Of a DNA stretch of 64,000 bases, positions 63,764 to 64,000 are shown piece after piece; positions within the stretch are counted from its first letter, which is position 1, and each line of letters begins with the position of its first letter. The translations under genes and the position numbers were made by a program. The notes beneath the pieces are model-generated. The model was given only the letters and a program-made list of their open reading frames with translations. It did not search any database and was not told where the DNA came from. The stretch is from Pseudomonadota bacterium (GTDB lineage: Bacteria; Campylobacterota; Campylobacteria; Campylobacterales; Sulfurimonadaceae): assembly GCA_043797085.1 (NCBI GenBank), contig JAZDQA010000014.1, forward strand, positions 1 through 64,000, written 5' to 3'.

Positions 63764-64000
63764 TGTTTGACTCCTTGGATTCCTCCCAAAGCCAAGTATC
63801 CAGACGCTCTTTTGCAAAAAGTATTTTACCTGCTTTATCTGAATAATGTACTCCGAGAGTAAATGTTTGATCGGCGATTTTATGGCGTATGGTATGGGGT
63901 GATAGTCGCAAATACTCCCCTGCCTCTTCTACTGTCATAAGGGAACGAACTGCTCCTATGATAAGAGCTTTAAGTTCGTCAAAATCCTCTTTGGTAATTA
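63579..64000 (-). CDS. Excisionase-like helix-turn-helix protein (start may lie outside the window)
   Basis: MTVEEAGEYL.LS..TI......G.HY.....ILF....LD.W; frame stays open from 63938 to the window edge. Confidence 0.75.
   Translation of the reverse strand, partial: ITKEDFDELKALIIGAVRSLMTVEEAGEYLRLSPHTIRHKIADQTFTLGVHYSDKAGKILFAKERLDTWLWEESKESNNVSIQKKQSSVDRLIRQWGENQENHGSGVDTVQCQKGRKRPHSPTKNGDNDRKSDTQKRAS

Larger units (their letters stand above)
62627..64000. mobile_element. Left end of a tRNA-Ser-integrated element (prophage or genomic island), continuing past the window
   Basis: Integrase pointing toward the tRNA 3' end, excisionase-like gene, arm-site-like repeats. Confidence 0.8.

Overview
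This window looks like core chromosome of a Campylobacterota (epsilonproteobacterium). Gene content suggests a Sulfuricurvum/Sulfurimonas-like organism; this is inferred, not searched. Left to right it carries: tRNA-Val/tRNA-Asp; a copper-resistance operon (CusF-like, small exported protein, TolC-type lipoprotein, Tat multicopper oxidase); lemA-DUF3137; yigZ; mutY; the long conserved minus-strand block rplU-rpmA-obg-proB-fmt-birA-parAB-atpF'FHAGDC-tolQRAB-pal-cpoB-slyD-(AAA/Fis)-fabD-(nitrilase)-mtnN-ttcA; a Nudix hydrolase; a MarR-regulated RND efflux operon; ridA, a thioredoxin-fold gene and dapE; a PAS-only gene; an MFS gene; flaG-fliS; argG; a ferredoxin:thioredoxin reductase-rhodanese fusion; rplI-era; csd6/csd4-like peptidoglycan enzymes running into a Cts/MSHA-like type IV filament cluster; a UvrD-like helicase; fliW; valS; yceI; pyrF; and tRNA-Ser(GCT) followed by the left end of an integrated element (integrase plus excisionase-like HTH). 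The most notable observations are: (1) a bacterial Nudix protein that resembles metazoan NUDT16 over most of its length; (2) the FTR-rhodanese fusion; (3) a structured mutY leader with two TAATG-chained uORFs and two promoter-like -10 boxes; (4) hslVU and fliD absent from their usual positions; (5) a TtcA lacking canonical Fe-S cysteines; (6) palindromes built into convergent gene ends. No CRISPR array, rRNA or IS element was seen. All family calls come from motif recognition by eye; no database search was run.
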